Source: Synechococcus sp. (GTDB lineage Bacteria; Cyanobacteriota; Cyanobacteriia; PCC-6307; Cyanobiaceae). From it: a DNA stretch of 64,000 bases. The DNA lies in contig JBJBDC010000001.1 in assembly GCA_047285535.1 (NCBI GenBank), forward strand, positions 1,632,136-1,696,135. The letters are read 5' to 3'. The translations under genes and the position numbers were made by a program. Positions 39,960-50,369 of this stretch are shown here, piece by piece. Under the pieces are notes generated by a model. The model saw only the letters and a list, made by a program, of their open reading frames with translations, did not search any database and was not told the DNA's origin. Within the stretch, counting starts at the first letter, position 1, and the number at the start of each line of letters is the position of its first letter.

Positions 39960-40205
39960 ATTCCACCCCCACGAGTCACTTGGGTGATAAGGCTGACTTC
40001 ACCCCATCTCCCTTAAAAGGGTCAGGCAGCAACAGGGGCTGCTTGACGGGAGAAACGTACGATGTTGTTCGCAGTTACGGAATTTGCTCTGACCGAGCAG
40101 GCTTCAGTCACCCTCCTTATGCCCCGTCGAAACCATTGCAGCCCCGAGGGGAGAATGGAGCTGAGCGGAATCGAACCGCTGTCCGAAACACCGGTGTGGA
40201 CCACC
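39960..40205 (-). ncRNA. ssrA: Permuted two-piece tmRNA
   Basis: Acceptor piece GACAGCGGTTCGATTCCGCTCAGCTCCA (ends 40156) precedes the GGGGCTG 5' end (40145); tag ANNIVRFSRQAAPVAA* ends 40022; outer ends approximate. Confidence 0.93.
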
Positions 40206-40549
40206 TAGTCCGTTCAAGAACGGACAACATCATTCTGACATCAAGCAATGCTCCTTGCCCATCCCCACACGCCAAGTACTCCAGGCCTGAGAGCAAGTTG
40301 GTAACGACTTAGCGAAAAAGCCGCAACAATCAAAACATCTGCGTCTCAGGCCCCAAGAGACGAGACCATCAAAAGCTTCGCATCAAAATCTGTCTGCACA
40401 GATCTTATTTCCGAGCCATATTCAACTCGCTATATGTAGCTTTTCGATCTCCACGAACGATCATCATTAGAGATCAAGCTGAAGGGTATCAGCAACCAGA
40501 CAAATGCTATTTCCCTACCTAGAATTTTCAAGCCATCAAAAAGTACTTT

Positions 40550-41017
40550 ATGCAGGCAGGAAAACATCTCACTCGAGTTGCCATTTGGCTTATGGGAGTG
40601 GGCTATCTTTTGATAGAAGTTCACGAAGCAATCACCACCAAACAGCTAGCAAATATTACCATTTTTGCCCTTTTATTTATCCTAGCCAGCCACCAACTTA
40701 GCCACTCACGCCTTTACCTTACTCTTCGGAAAATACCACTAGCAACTCGTTGCTATCGCGCATCATGCCTCATGTTTATCGGCTCACTAATGGCAGTTTT
40801 CGACGCTTCACTTGACTTTATTATCGGGTCCTTTCAACCCAGCTCTTTGGGCACACTACCTTTAGCCACATTACTGATAGCAGGGCGAATCGTGAATCTC
40901 CTTGAAGTCATCCTAGCGATCCGTTCAATGGAACTTTTCCTGCCAGTCATATTTAGTGGTCCCACAACAACAGCTGACGACTGGAGCTGGGATAACGTAC
41001 CAATGAGCAATGAATAA
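40550..41017 (+). CDS. Hypothetical membrane protein
   Basis: Four hydrophobic segments. Confidence 0.55.
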   Translation: MQAGKHLTRVAIWLMGVGYLLIEVHEAITTKQLANITIFALLFILASHQLSHSRLYLTLRKIPLATRCYRASCLMFIGSLMAVFDASLDFIIGSFQPSSLGTLPLATLLIAGRIVNLLEVILAIRSMELFLPVIFSGPTTTADDWSWDNVPMSNE

Positions 41018-41031
41018 ACAAAAACACTTCA

Positions 41032-42186
41032 GTGAAGAAAAAACATGCCAAATCTAAACTTTTAAAGGGCGTCTGCGTACTGCCACAAGGATTGGAAGAG
41101 GTCGGTGTTAATGAACTTGTTGCACTTGGCGCCAAAGAGGTCAAGCCCCTACGCAGAGCAGCTGCATTTGAAGCCGATATGGCTTGCTTGTATCGACTTC
41201 ATTTGCAATGCCGTCTTCCCTTTCGATTACTTAGAGAAATGGCGCGCTTTCGATGCGATGGCCGCGAATCGTTGTATTCAGGTGTTCAGGAAGCGATGAA
41301 CTGGGAGCGCTGGCTGCATCCCTCCATGAGTTTTCGAGTTGATGTCAATGGCACCGCTCCAGGCCTAAACCACAGCCACTTCACCGCGCTACAAGTCAAA
41401 AACGCAATTATCGATCTACAGCGCCACATCTGGGGAGAGCGCTCATCCATTGACCTGGAAGGCCCCGACGTCTGCCTCCATGTTCACCTAAGCCGAGATG
41501 GAGGGGTGTTGAGCCTGGACGGATCAGGAGGAAGTCTTCACCGCCGCGGCTACAGAGCCGCCATGGGCATCGCTCCACTCAAGGAGAATCTGGCCGCAGG
41601 CTTGATCCGCCTCAGTGGATGGACAGGCACAACGCCTCTCGTAGATCCTCTCTGTGGCTCAGGAACCCTGCTGATCGAGGCGGCATCTCTTGCTGCAGGT
41701 CAAGCCCCTGGACTGAACCGCAGCTTTGCCCTTGAGAGTTGGGCTGATTTTGATCACGATCTCTGGACAGAAGAACGCGAGCGCGCACGCAAGCGTCAAA
41801 AACAGGGGGCATTGCATCCCCTCATCATCGGATGCGAAAAAGATCCCTCCATTGCGCACCAGGCTCGCCGCAATGCGGAGGCTGCTGGACTTTCTGATTG
41901 GATTTCAATCCAAACAGGAGACTTCCGAGACCTCAAACTCCCTGAAGGGCCTGGAACACTGGTCTGCAACCCTCCCTACGGAGAACGCATCGGCGCCGAT
42001 GAAGATCTCGACTCGCTGTATGGCGATCTCGGTGTGATGGTGAAACAGCAGGGCTCTGGGTGGGATTTTTGGTTACTCAGTGGCAACCCTTCCATCACTG
42101 GAGCACTGAGGATGAAAGCCTCGCGTCGTATTCCAATCAACAATGGCGGCATCGACTGCCGCTGGCTGCATTATCAAGTGCGCTGA
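41032..42186 (+). CDS. THUMP-domain class I SAM-dependent RNA methyltransferase (RlmL-like)
   Basis: SLHRRGYR, APLKENLAAG, DPLCGSGT, NPPYG. Confidence 0.93.
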   Translation: MKKKHAKSKLLKGVCVLPQGLEEVGVNELVALGAKEVKPLRRAAAFEADMACLYRLHLQCRLPFRLLREMARFRCDGRESLYSGVQEAMNWERWLHPSMSFRVDVNGTAPGLNHSHFTALQVKNAIIDLQRHIWGERSSIDLEGPDVCLHVHLSRDGGVLSLDGSGGSLHRRGYRAAMGIAPLKENLAAGLIRLSGWTGTTPLVDPLCGSGTLLIEAASLAAGQAPGLNRSFALESWADFDHDLWTEERERARKRQKQGALHPLIIGCEKDPSIAHQARRNAEAAGLSDWISIQTGDFRDLKLPEGPGTLVCNPPYGERIGADEDLDSLYGDLGVMVKQQGSGWDFWLLSGNPSITGALRMKASRRIPINNGGIDCRWLHYQVR

Positions 42187-42196
42187 ATCGAAAGGA

Positions 42197-42595
42197 TCAA
42201 CGGCCCATAACGGCACGGGTGGTTTTGGCAAGGCCCTCAATGGTCTGAGGCAAATAGGGACCCTTCGCAAGCTGGCCCCCGACACGCAAACTCACACCAG
42301 CAACCACCAAGTTCAACACCGCAAGACCAATCAAAGACTGCATCAAAGTCCAGTTCAAAGCCGCCCAGGACCAAACCACAAGGGCCATCTCGGCAGCCAC
42401 TAAAGCGAGGAGCATCAAGGTTCCTCCGATGGCCAGAAAAACTCCGCCACTAATGAGGCGTCGCTTTTCTCGATCGACTTCCTGCAGAGCGATTCGGACA
42501 TGCAGATCCATCACCGAACCAGCCAAAGCGGTCACCCGACCCGCAACTCCGAAGCCGCTTGGTCGACTCTGTTTAGACCTGGGAAGTTCAGTCAT
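42197..42595 (-). CDS. Phage-holin-family (YqjE-like) membrane protein
   Basis: LHVRIALQEVDREKRR plus two TM helices; follows a DUF883-like gene. Confidence 0.75.
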   Translation of the reverse strand: MTELPRSKQSRPSGFGVAGRVTALAGSVMDLHVRIALQEVDREKRRLISGGVFLAIGGTLMLLALVAAEMALVVWSWAALNWTLMQSLIGLAVLNLVVAGVSLRVGGQLAKGPYLPQTIEGLAKTTRAVMGR

Positions 42596-43020
42596 GAGGA
42601 ACGACGACCTCCCATTAACAGTGCGCCCAAGAGCACCCCAACACCTGTAGCGATAGCCAACGAAAGCAGCGGCCTCTCACGAACGGGTTTTTCAATCTTG
42701 GGCCGCAAGGTGGCATTTAGGTCATCAAGCAGCTGCTCCAGTTGCTCCTCCAAAGGCTCAAGGGTGTCAGCAAGACCTTGCACACGTTCACCAGGCTGGA
42801 GCATCAGATCTTCAAGCTGGTGCTTCACGGTTTGCACCGCGCGATCACCCTGGGAAGCAATCAACTCCACGACGTCATCAAAACTGCCTCGGGTAGCCTC
42901 CAATGCCTGATGCGTCACTTCTGGCCAACGACGCTGGATCTCAGGAGCAAGGCTCTCAAAACGGTCGCGAAACCGATGCGCGAAATCCTGTTCTTCCTCT
43001 GGTGATGGAGCTGAGTCCAT
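42592..43020 (-). CDS. DUF883/YqjD-like protein
   Basis: VRERPLLSLAIATGVGVLLGALL C-terminus. Confidence 0.75.
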   Translation of the reverse strand: MDSAPSPEEEQDFAHRFRDRFESLAPEIQRRWPEVTHQALEATRGSFDDVVELIASQGDRAVQTVKHQLEDLMLQPGERVQGLADTLEPLEEQLEQLLDDLNATLRPKIEKPVRERPLLSLAIATGVGVLLGALLMGGRRSS

Positions 43021-43064
43021 GGATAGGTACAACGCTTTTCTAGGGTAGAGATGTTCTCTAGAAG

Positions 43065-43487
43065 ATGAAACCAGCGACAGTGTCTCTGTCTCGATATCTC
43101 TTCCTAGAACACACCAATGATCCAGATGATCCGACCGGTCGGCATGTGGATTTGCTTCTGGAAGATGGCGAAAGCTGCCGCACCTGGCGGCTTGCAAGTG
43201 TGCCCCTTCCAAATGGCCCCAGCCTCAAAGCCACCCCACTACCAAGGCATCGATTGATTTGGCTTGAACGAAAATCAGCAGGTGTATCTGGAGGACGCGG
43301 CTGGGGGCGCCGCATTGTGAGCGGACGCTTCCATGGGGTCTTACCAGACAGCTCAGAAGAGCTGATCAGAATCCAACTCCTAGGCACTGGCGTCCTCGGA
43401 TTACCGGACCCTCTGACCCTCGAGTTAGTGAATGGCGAGTGCAGGCTTCACTCATCAGCTGATAACCATCCAGCGAAAAGGACTTGA
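43065..43487 (+). CDS. Hypothetical protein (LigD phosphoesterase-like)
   Basis: LEH…HVDLLLE…TW…HRLIWL…GVSGGRG. Confidence 0.6.
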   Translation: MKPATVSLSRYLFLEHTNDPDDPTGRHVDLLLEDGESCRTWRLASVPLPNGPSLKATPLPRHRLIWLERKSAGVSGGRGWGRRIVSGRFHGVLPDSSEELIRIQLLGTGVLGLPDPLTLELVNGECRLHSSADNHPAKRT

Positions 43488-43537
43488 GCTTTTCAAAAGC
43501 TCCGCTAGTTTTGATTCGCTAACAGCAGTGTCCCCTG

Positions 43538-46500
43538 TTGGTTCATATCAATCAGGTAGGACTTACCAACTTCAAGTCCTTCGGTGGGGTGATGACAATC
43601 CCCCTAGAGACCGGGTTCACCGTCGTGACCGGTCCCAATGGGTCTGGGAAGAGCAATATTCTTGATGGGGTCTTGTTTTGCCTTGGTCTGGCAAACAGCC
43701 GTGGAATGCGTGCTGATCGCCTGCCTGATCTGGTGAATAGCGGCATGCTGAAAGCAGGGAAATCGGCTGAAACCACGGTCAGCGTGCGCTTCGATCTGAC
43801 CGACTGGCAGCCAGATGCTGCAGAAGAGGGCCTCGAATCTCCTGAGGACGGCCCATGGATTCAAGCTGATGCCAATGAATGGACCGTGACTCGCAAACTA
43901 AGGGTCATGCCAGGAGGCTCATACAGCAGCAGTTACAGCGCAGACGGTGAACCCTGCAACCTCCAACAGCTGCAGACCCAGCTGCGCAGATTGCGCATCG
44001 ATCCGGAAGGCAGCAATGTCGTGATGCAGGGTGATGTCACGCGGATTGTCTCGATGAGCAATCGCGATCGCCGCGGCCTGATTGATGAACTAGCGGGTGT
44101 CGCGCTGTTCGATACCCGAATCGAACAAAGCCGACGAAAGCTCGATGATGTGCAAGAAAGTCAAGATCGATGCCGCATCGTGGAGCAGGAGTTGCTCACT
44201 GCGAAACAGCGTCTCGAAAAGGACTGCGCAAAGGCACGGGCCTATCAGGAATTACGCGAACAGGTGCAATGTGGTCGACAGCAAGAGCTCGTGCTGGCCT
44301 TTGAAGCCGCTGAAGCTGAACTGACACACCTCAACAGTCGCCAACAACAACTTAGTGAACAGAAGATCCGCGACAGCGAAGCGATTACTGAGAAGGAAAA
44401 AACCCTATCTGAAGCGACAACACGCCTAAAGACACTGCAGGAGAACGTCAAGGCTCTCGGCGAAGACAAGCTGCTCAGCGTCCAAGCGGAACTGGCTGGC
44501 CTCGACCCCCAAAATCGCGAACTGGAACGCCAATCGATCCAGCATCAACAGGAAGGTGAGCGTTTGCAGGGGCTGCGCCACAACATCATCAATCGACGGA
44601 ACCAACTCAAGGTGGACAGCGAGCACCTGAATCAAGCCAACGAACCAGAGGTGCTCAAGTCTGCAGAGCAGACCTGCCGCGATGCTGAGGCTGCTGTTGA
44701 AATCGCCCGCCGTCGCTTGGGGGATATCGCCGGGAGATCCGGCGCCTGGATGGATGAACAACGTCAAAGGGCAGCGCGACGCTCCGACCTTCAGAGAACG
44801 CTCACGCCTCTCCAGGAAGAGCAACAGCAACTGCAGGAACGACTGCGACAGGACGAGGACCGTGAATCTGAATTACAGCTGGAACGCGACCAAGCCAGTG
44901 CAGAAGATCGAGACGTGCAAGACCAGCTTGAGCAACTGGAACAGGAGTGGCATGCGCTGCTGGAACGACTTCGCAGCGGCAAAGAACAACTGCAAGAGCT
45001 GGCTGAGGCTGTTGCGATCCAACAGCGCACCCGCTCCAGACTTGAAGAAGAGCAGACGCGACTGGAACGCGATATCGCCCGTCTAGAAAGCCGACGTGAG
45101 GCCTTGCAGGAATCACGGGGTACCGGGGCCTTGCGCCTTTTGCTTGAAGCTGGATTGGATGGCATCCATGGTCCGGTCGCTCAACTCGGCGAAGTGGAGG
45201 ATCACCTGCGACTGGCGCTGGAAGTAGCCGCCGGTGCCCGCATGGCACAGGTCGTGGTTGAAGACGACCGAATCGCTGCGCGAGCCATTGACTTGCTCAA
45301 GAGTCGAAGAGCAGGTCGTCTGACGTTTTTACCCCTCAACAAGATCCGATCCCAGGCTTCAGGAGGTGGAGCCGCGATGGCCCGCGGTCGTCGTCCAGAG
45401 GGAAGCAACGGGGCCGGATTAATCGGTCGAGCTGTGGAATTGATCCGCTACGAGCCGATCTATGCCGAGGTCTTCGGATACGTCTTCGGGGACACTCAGG
45501 TCTTCAGTGATCTAACCAGTGCGAGGCAACAACTGGGACGATTCCGTGCTGTCACCCTTGAAGGCGAACTGCTCGAGAAGAGTGGCGCGATGACGGGAGG
45601 CAGCTTCAGCCAAAGGAGTGGAAGACTGAGCTTCGGGGTGAGCAGCGAAAACGATGAGGCAGAACCTCTGCGACGACGGTTGCTCGAGCTAGGCGAGACT
45701 CTCGCGGCTTGCCGGCGTGAAGAAAGTCGACTGTTGCAAGCCCTGGAACTAGAGCGTCCGCTCCTTCGGCAATTGGAACAGAGACAAGCGGGTCTGGATG
45801 CAGAGCGGACGGCCGCCAATCGAGCCCATGGACCTTTGCTGGAGCGTTGCCGCCAACGCGGTGAACGTCTCAACAACCTCCGAGCCAACCGAACAGAGTT
45901 GGAGAAACGTCTCCAATCCCTCAAAACCAGCATGGCCCCGCTGGTGCAAGAACTTGAGCAGATCGGGGCAGCAGAACACCAAGTTCAAGCCGAAGCCGAT
46001 GCGGGGAACTGGCAACAACTCCAGGTCGAACTGGAACAGTCCGATCACGCCCTAGAACAGGCCCGGCGCAACCGTGATGATCTCCTTCAGCATCAGCGAG
46101 AGCGCGAACTGGCACAGACCCGAATCGGCGACCAACAAAAAACCATCGAAGACGAAGAGAAAAGCCTACAAACAGCTGTGAATGCACTGGCAGAAGCTCA
46201 TCACCGTTGGCAGGAAGAACAGAAGGAATTGCAGTTGCGCCGCCAGACACTGGAAAGCCAGCAAAAGACCTTGCAAACGCAATTTGGAGAAGAGCGTCGA
46301 GCACGGGATGCAGCGGAGGCTGCAGTAGCCGAACAACGTCAATCCCTCCAGCAAGCCCGTTGGGAACTGGAGCGTCTCCAAGAAGAGCTGCAAACCATTC
46401 AGGAGCAGCTGCGTAGCGGAGGCATCCGCTTGGAAGAGCTCAAACCAACCCTTCCTGATCCTCTTCCACAGATTCCCGAAGAAGTCCGCAATGCAGGCCT

Positions 46501-47143
46501 TGAAGCACTGCAAGAGCAACTCCAGCAACTCATGAAGCGGATGGAGGCCCTCGAACCGGTCAACATGCTGGCTCTCGATGAATTAAAAGAACTGGAACAG
46601 CGGCTAGGAGACCTTGGAGAGCGCCTTGATGTTCTCAGCCAAGAGCGTGAAGAACTTCTACTGAGAATTGAAACTGTGGCCACGCTCCGGCAGGAAGCGT
46701 TCATGGAAGCGTTTCAAGCCGTAGACAGCCACTTCCGAGACATCTTCGCGAGCTTGTCTGAAGGCGACGGCAAACTACAGCTCGACAATCCAGATGAGCC
46801 CCTCGAGGGAGGCCTCACGCTTGTCGCCCATCCGAAAGGCAAAGCGGTCAGACGCTTGGCAGCCATGTCTGGCGGAGAGAAGTCTCTAACAGCACTGAGT
46901 TTTTTGTTTGCGCTCCAACGCTTCCGGCCCTCACCCTTCTATGCGCTTGACGAAGTAGACAGCTTTCTTGATGGAGTCAATGTTGAGCGGCTTTCAGCCT
47001 TAATTGCCCGTCAAGCTGAACAAGCCCAGTTTCTGGTGGTTAGTCACCGTCGCCCAATGATTGGTGCCTCACAACGCACCATTGGCGTCACCCAGGCTCG
47101 AGGCGCTCACACTCAGGTTGTGGGATTACCCGATGCAGCCTGA
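43538..47143 (+). CDS. smc: Chromosome segregation protein SMC
   Basis: FKSF, GPNGSGKSN, hinge GRLTFLPL, MSGGEK, LDEVD. Confidence 0.98.
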   Translation: MVHINQVGLTNFKSFGGVMTIPLETGFTVVTGPNGSGKSNILDGVLFCLGLANSRGMRADRLPDLVNSGMLKAGKSAETTVSVRFDLTDWQPDAAEEGLESPEDGPWIQADANEWTVTRKLRVMPGGSYSSSYSADGEPCNLQQLQTQLRRLRIDPEGSNVVMQGDVTRIVSMSNRDRRGLIDELAGVALFDTRIEQSRRKLDDVQESQDRCRIVEQELLTAKQRLEKDCAKARAYQELREQVQCGRQQELVLAFEAAEAELTHLNSRQQQLSEQKIRDSEAITEKEKTLSEATTRLKTLQENVKALGEDKLLSVQAELAGLDPQNRELERQSIQHQQEGERLQGLRHNIINRRNQLKVDSEHLNQANEPEVLKSAEQTCRDAEAAVEIARRRLGDIAGRSGAWMDEQRQRAARRSDLQRTLTPLQEEQQQLQERLRQDEDRESELQLERDQASAEDRDVQDQLEQLEQEWHALLERLRSGKEQLQELAEAVAIQQRTRSRLEEEQTRLERDIARLESRREALQESRGTGALRLLLEAGLDGIHGPVAQLGEVEDHLRLALEVAAGARMAQVVVEDDRIAARAIDLLKSRRAGRLTFLPLNKIRSQASGGGAAMARGRRPEGSNGAGLIGRAVELIRYEPIYAEVFGYVFGDTQVFSDLTSARQQLGRFRAVTLEGELLEKSGAMTGGSFSQRSGRLSFGVSSENDEAEPLRRRLLELGETLAACRREESRLLQALELERPLLRQLEQRQAGLDAERTAANRAHGPLLERCRQRGERLNNLRANRTELEKRLQSLKTSMAPLVQELEQIGAAEHQVQAEADAGNWQQLQVELEQSDHALEQARRNRDDLLQHQRERELAQTRIGDQQKTIEDEEKSLQTAVNALAEAHHRWQEEQKELQLRRQTLESQQKTLQTQFGEERRARDAAEAAVAEQRQSLQQARWELERLQEELQTIQEQLRSGGIRLEELKPTLPDPLPQIPEEVRNAGLEALQEQLQQLMKRMEALEPVNMLALDELKELEQRLGDLGERLDVLSQEREELLLRIETVATLRQEAFMEAFQAVDSHFRDIFASLSEGDGKLQLDNPDEPLEGGLTLVAHPKGKAVRRLAAMSGGEKSLTALSFLFALQRFRPSPFYALDEVDSFLDGVNVERLSALIARQAEQAQFLVVSHRRPMIGASQRTIGVTQARGAHTQVVGLPDAA

Positions 47144-47161
47144 ACAACCAGTGCCCAGGTC

Positions 47162-48394
47162 TTGCGTCAAAATGATTCGAATTGCTCCGGCAGAGGCCTG
47201 CATTTGAGCTCGTCCCAGTCCCCTAACGACCCACCAGCGACCGTGCCCAGTGACAGGCTGTGGCTTCGATCTGAATTGATGGGGACCCAGGTCATCACCC
47301 GCGATTCCGGCAGACGCTTAGGTGTCGTGGGTGAAGTCGTGGTCGATATCGACCGACGTGAAGTGGTCGCCCTAGGACTGAGAGACAACCCGCTCACACG
47401 TTTCTTACCGGGACTACCTCGCTGGATGCCCCTTGATCGAATCCGGCAGGTGGGCGATGTGATCCTTGTGGATTCAGCCGATTCTCTAAGCGAGGCCTTC
47501 TCCCCAGACCGCTACAGCAGGGTCATCAACTGCCAGGTGATCACAGAATCCGGACAGACTCTCGGGCGTGTCTTGGGTTTTTCCTTCGACATCGAGACCG
47601 GAGAACTCACCACTCTTGTGATGGGAGCCGTCGGCGTTCCTTTACTAGGTGAAGGCGTCCTCAGCACTTGGGAGATTCCTGTCGATGAAATTGTCAGCAG
47701 CGGAGCCGACCGAATCATCGTGTACGAGGGTGCAGAAGACAAACTCAAACAATTGAGTAGCGGAGTTCTGGAAAAGCTGGGCGTAGGAGGCCCCAGCTGG
47801 GAGGAACAGGAGCGGGAGCGTTACAGGGTCAACATTGTTCCTGTTGAAAATCAACTCACCTCTGGCCAAGCGGTTGAAGAAGAACCAAGGCTGCTCGAAG
47901 CCTCTGAATCACAGAGCTTCGACACCGAACGCGAGCTTGAGTATGTCGAACTTGAAGATCGCCGCAACCAAGAAAGTCGCCAACGTCGCTACCTTGATGA
48001 AGCTCCAATGCAGGGGCGAGAAGAGTCTTACGGAGAGCGTGATCGAGACCCCTCGGGTTATTACATCGAACAGAATTCTTTCAGCGAACCAAAGGCCTAC
48101 AGCGAATCTCAATTCGCTAATCAACCTCAAAGGAATCGAGAACCCGAGCCTATTCAAGAGGACCGCCGCTATCAGCAGCCTGAGCGCACCCCATCCCCAT
48201 TTCGGAGCGGCGAACGGAGCATCAATCAGGGAATCAATGCGGATCCTCGCTTCGAACAACGCCCAAGACCGGCTTCTAGGCGACCGATCGAACGTCCCGG
48301 TGAACCGCTGGATGTTGAACCGCTGGATGTTGAACCGGTGGAGCCCAGTTCATTCAACGACCAAGAGAACCAACCGCTTGATGATCCCTGGTAG
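47162..48394 (+). CDS. PRC-barrel domain protein
   Basis: Two PRC barrels (SELMGTQVITRDSGRRLG; QVITESGQTLG) plus disordered tail; start uncertain. Confidence 0.85.
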   Translation: MRQNDSNCSGRGLHLSSSQSPNDPPATVPSDRLWLRSELMGTQVITRDSGRRLGVVGEVVVDIDRREVVALGLRDNPLTRFLPGLPRWMPLDRIRQVGDVILVDSADSLSEAFSPDRYSRVINCQVITESGQTLGRVLGFSFDIETGELTTLVMGAVGVPLLGEGVLSTWEIPVDEIVSSGADRIIVYEGAEDKLKQLSSGVLEKLGVGGPSWEEQERERYRVNIVPVENQLTSGQAVEEEPRLLEASESQSFDTERELEYVELEDRRNQESRQRRYLDEAPMQGREESYGERDRDPSGYYIEQNSFSEPKAYSESQFANQPQRNREPEPIQEDRRYQQPERTPSPFRSGERSINQGINADPRFEQRPRPASRRPIERPGEPLDVEPLDVEPVEPSSFNDQENQPLDDPW

Positions 48395-48417
48395 AGAGAG
48401 ACGTCAAAAGCTGAGAG

Positions 48418-48843
48418 TCAATCTGAGACCTTCTTTTTAAAGTCCAGTGAGGCACTGTTCGTGCAGTAGCGCTGCCCCGTGGGTGATGGTCCATCATTGA
48501 ATACATGTCCCAAATGGGCATCACAACGCGCACAAAGGATCTCAGTCCTCACCATGCCGTGACTGCGATCCTCCAGGGTACGAATCGCACCATTGCTGAC
48601 ACCATCCCAGAAACTCGGCCAGCCAGTGCCTGATTCATATTTTGTGCTGGAACTAAACAGGGGAGCGCCACAACAGACGCAGTGGTACATCCCTTCCTCT
48701 TTGTTATCCCAGTAGGCTCCGGTGAACGCGGCTTCCGTTCCGCCCTGACGAGCCACTTGAAATTGTTTTGAAGTCAGTTGCTGCTGCCATTCCTCTGGAG
48801 TGCGTTCCACCCGATCGCCACTTGCAGCTGCAGTACTGGTCAT
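48418..48843 (-). CDS. msrB: Peptide-methionine (R)-S-oxide reductase
   Basis: [26 protein letters not shown]. Confidence 0.96.
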   Translation of the reverse strand: MTSTAAASGDRVERTPEEWQQQLTSKQFQVARQGGTEAAFTGAYWDNKEEGMYHCVCCGAPLFSSSTKYESGTGWPSFWDGVSNGAIRTLEDRSHGMVRTEILCARCDAHLGHVFNDGPSPTGQRYCTNSASLDFKKKVSD

Positions 48844-48870
48844 GAATGAAAAGGTCTATAGGAGCGGACC

Positions 48871-50157
48871 CTAGTCGGAAAGTGCCAAAGGCAAGAGCCC
48901 TTGAACCTCCTCAGCCAGTGCTCTGACGGCACCAGGCTGGCCGCGAAGGCTACGCAGGTCATCGCGTTGACCTTGCAGCCTGTCTGGTTTCGTGAGCCAG
49001 GACTCAGCCTCTCGTGCGATCTGCTCAGGGGTGATTGGTCCCACTCGTTCGGGAACCACCATTCGTCCAGCGCTGATGTTCGGCCAGGCCATCAATCCAT
49101 GGTTACGCAATCGCCAAGCACTCAGCAGCAGACCAATCAATCGCCGCAAGCCTGGCAAACGAGCCAGGAGACCGAGCCAGCCATCCCAAGCCTGCATGAC
49201 ACCCAAGTGTTGCGTTGGGACCAACACAATCATGGGAACGCCCAGAGCTCCGAGTTCGGCCGTATTCGCCCCCACGGTGGTGAGTGCAAGTTTGCACTGA
49301 CTCAGGGCTCCATGAGCTGGAGGATTTTCCTGCAAGTGAATCTCCGTGCCCTGCCGCGTCACCAACCGTCTTAAACCCTCTCCAGTCCGAGCCGGTTCAA
49401 TTGAGACGACACCTGTGTCATAAGACGCAGCAATGGGATTCAACCGGCTTGCATAGCGCTGCAGGTCTTCGACTGTCGTGGTTGGAGCCACAGGAAGCAA
49501 AAAACGACAACCAGGGCGTTGGACCGCCAAACGATCTGCTGTCTCCAGCAGGAAGGGAACACCCACAGTGAGCTTGGCAGCCTTGGAACCGGGTAACAAA
49601 GCCACCCATTCACCCGCTGGAAGTGGCGACTCTTCCCGGGCATGGCTCGACAGATCCGCCATCAAATCTCCCACCACATGGCAACGAGAACGAAAACGTC
49701 TGGGCAGTTGATCCCTGACGGCAGGTGCCATGGCAGCGATCCGATCGTTCCAACGCGGCCAGCGAGCCACCCATTCGGCATAGGTGATATGGCGATAGCC
49801 CAGTCGAGCCGATAACAAAACGCTCCAAAACTGATCTCCACCCAAAAAGACCACCACGCCTCGCTCGGGCCAAACCCCGAAACTGGAGGGCCGCAGCAGC
49901 AAGGACCAAAAATGCCGGGCCGGGGTGATGCCTTGAAACAAATGCCAACGGGCGGCAGCAGTGGCTTCCGTACCCGTTGCGTTTGGACATGGAACCAACA
50001 CAAGTCGCATGCTGATCAACGATCTCGGAGCACGGGGCCGCATCTGCAGACAGCGATGCAGATGTTCTGCAAGAGGACGAACCCAAGTCGTGAGTTCTCC
50101 GGGGCCGTTGGAGACGAACACCACAGACAGGGTTTCATCCGTGGTGCTTGACGTCAC
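48871..50157 (-). CDS. LpxB-related glycosyltransferase
   Basis: SNGPGEL, LLPGSK, GANTAELG motifs. Confidence 0.8.
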   Translation of the reverse strand: MTSSTTDETLSVVFVSNGPGELTTWVRPLAEHLHRCLQMRPRAPRSLISMRLVLVPCPNATGTEATAAARWHLFQGITPARHFWSLLLRPSSFGVWPERGVVVFLGGDQFWSVLLSARLGYRHITYAEWVARWPRWNDRIAAMAPAVRDQLPRRFRSRCHVVGDLMADLSSHAREESPLPAGEWVALLPGSKAAKLTVGVPFLLETADRLAVQRPGCRFLLPVAPTTTVEDLQRYASRLNPIAASYDTGVVSIEPARTGEGLRRLVTRQGTEIHLQENPPAHGALSQCKLALTTVGANTAELGALGVPMIVLVPTQHLGVMQAWDGWLGLLARLPGLRRLIGLLLSAWRLRNHGLMAWPNISAGRMVVPERVGPITPEQIAREAESWLTKPDRLQGQRDDLRSLRGQPGAVRALAEEVQGLLPLALSD

Positions 50158-50186
50158 TCGATGGCGATTGTGCTGGTAAAGAAAAA

Positions 50187-50268
50187 TGCGGATGGCGAGA
50201 CTTGAACTCGCAAGGCCGAAGCCACACGCCCCTCAAACGTGCGTGTCTACCAATTCCACCACATCCGC
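50187..50268 (-). tRNA. trnL: tRNA-Leu(GAG)
   Basis: GCGGATGTGGTGGAATTGGTAGAC…TTGAGGG…variable arm…GTTCAAGTC…CATCCGCA cloverleaf. Confidence 0.97.
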
Positions 50269-50369
50269 GTGGCGACTCTGCCTTTGGGCTTTGTCGAGGG
50301 TTGAGTATACCGAGCGGGCTAGAAGGGACTTACCGCTGATACGATCCGCCCTGGCTCTGATGCTGCGGA

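Noticed and set aside
42197..42595. Holin as evidence of a prophage
   Set aside because: YqjE-like gene paired with DUF883 in core context; no phage structural genes.
48301..48340. TGAACCGCTGGATGT tandem duplication
   Set aside because: In-frame EPLDV repeat in a disordered protein tail.
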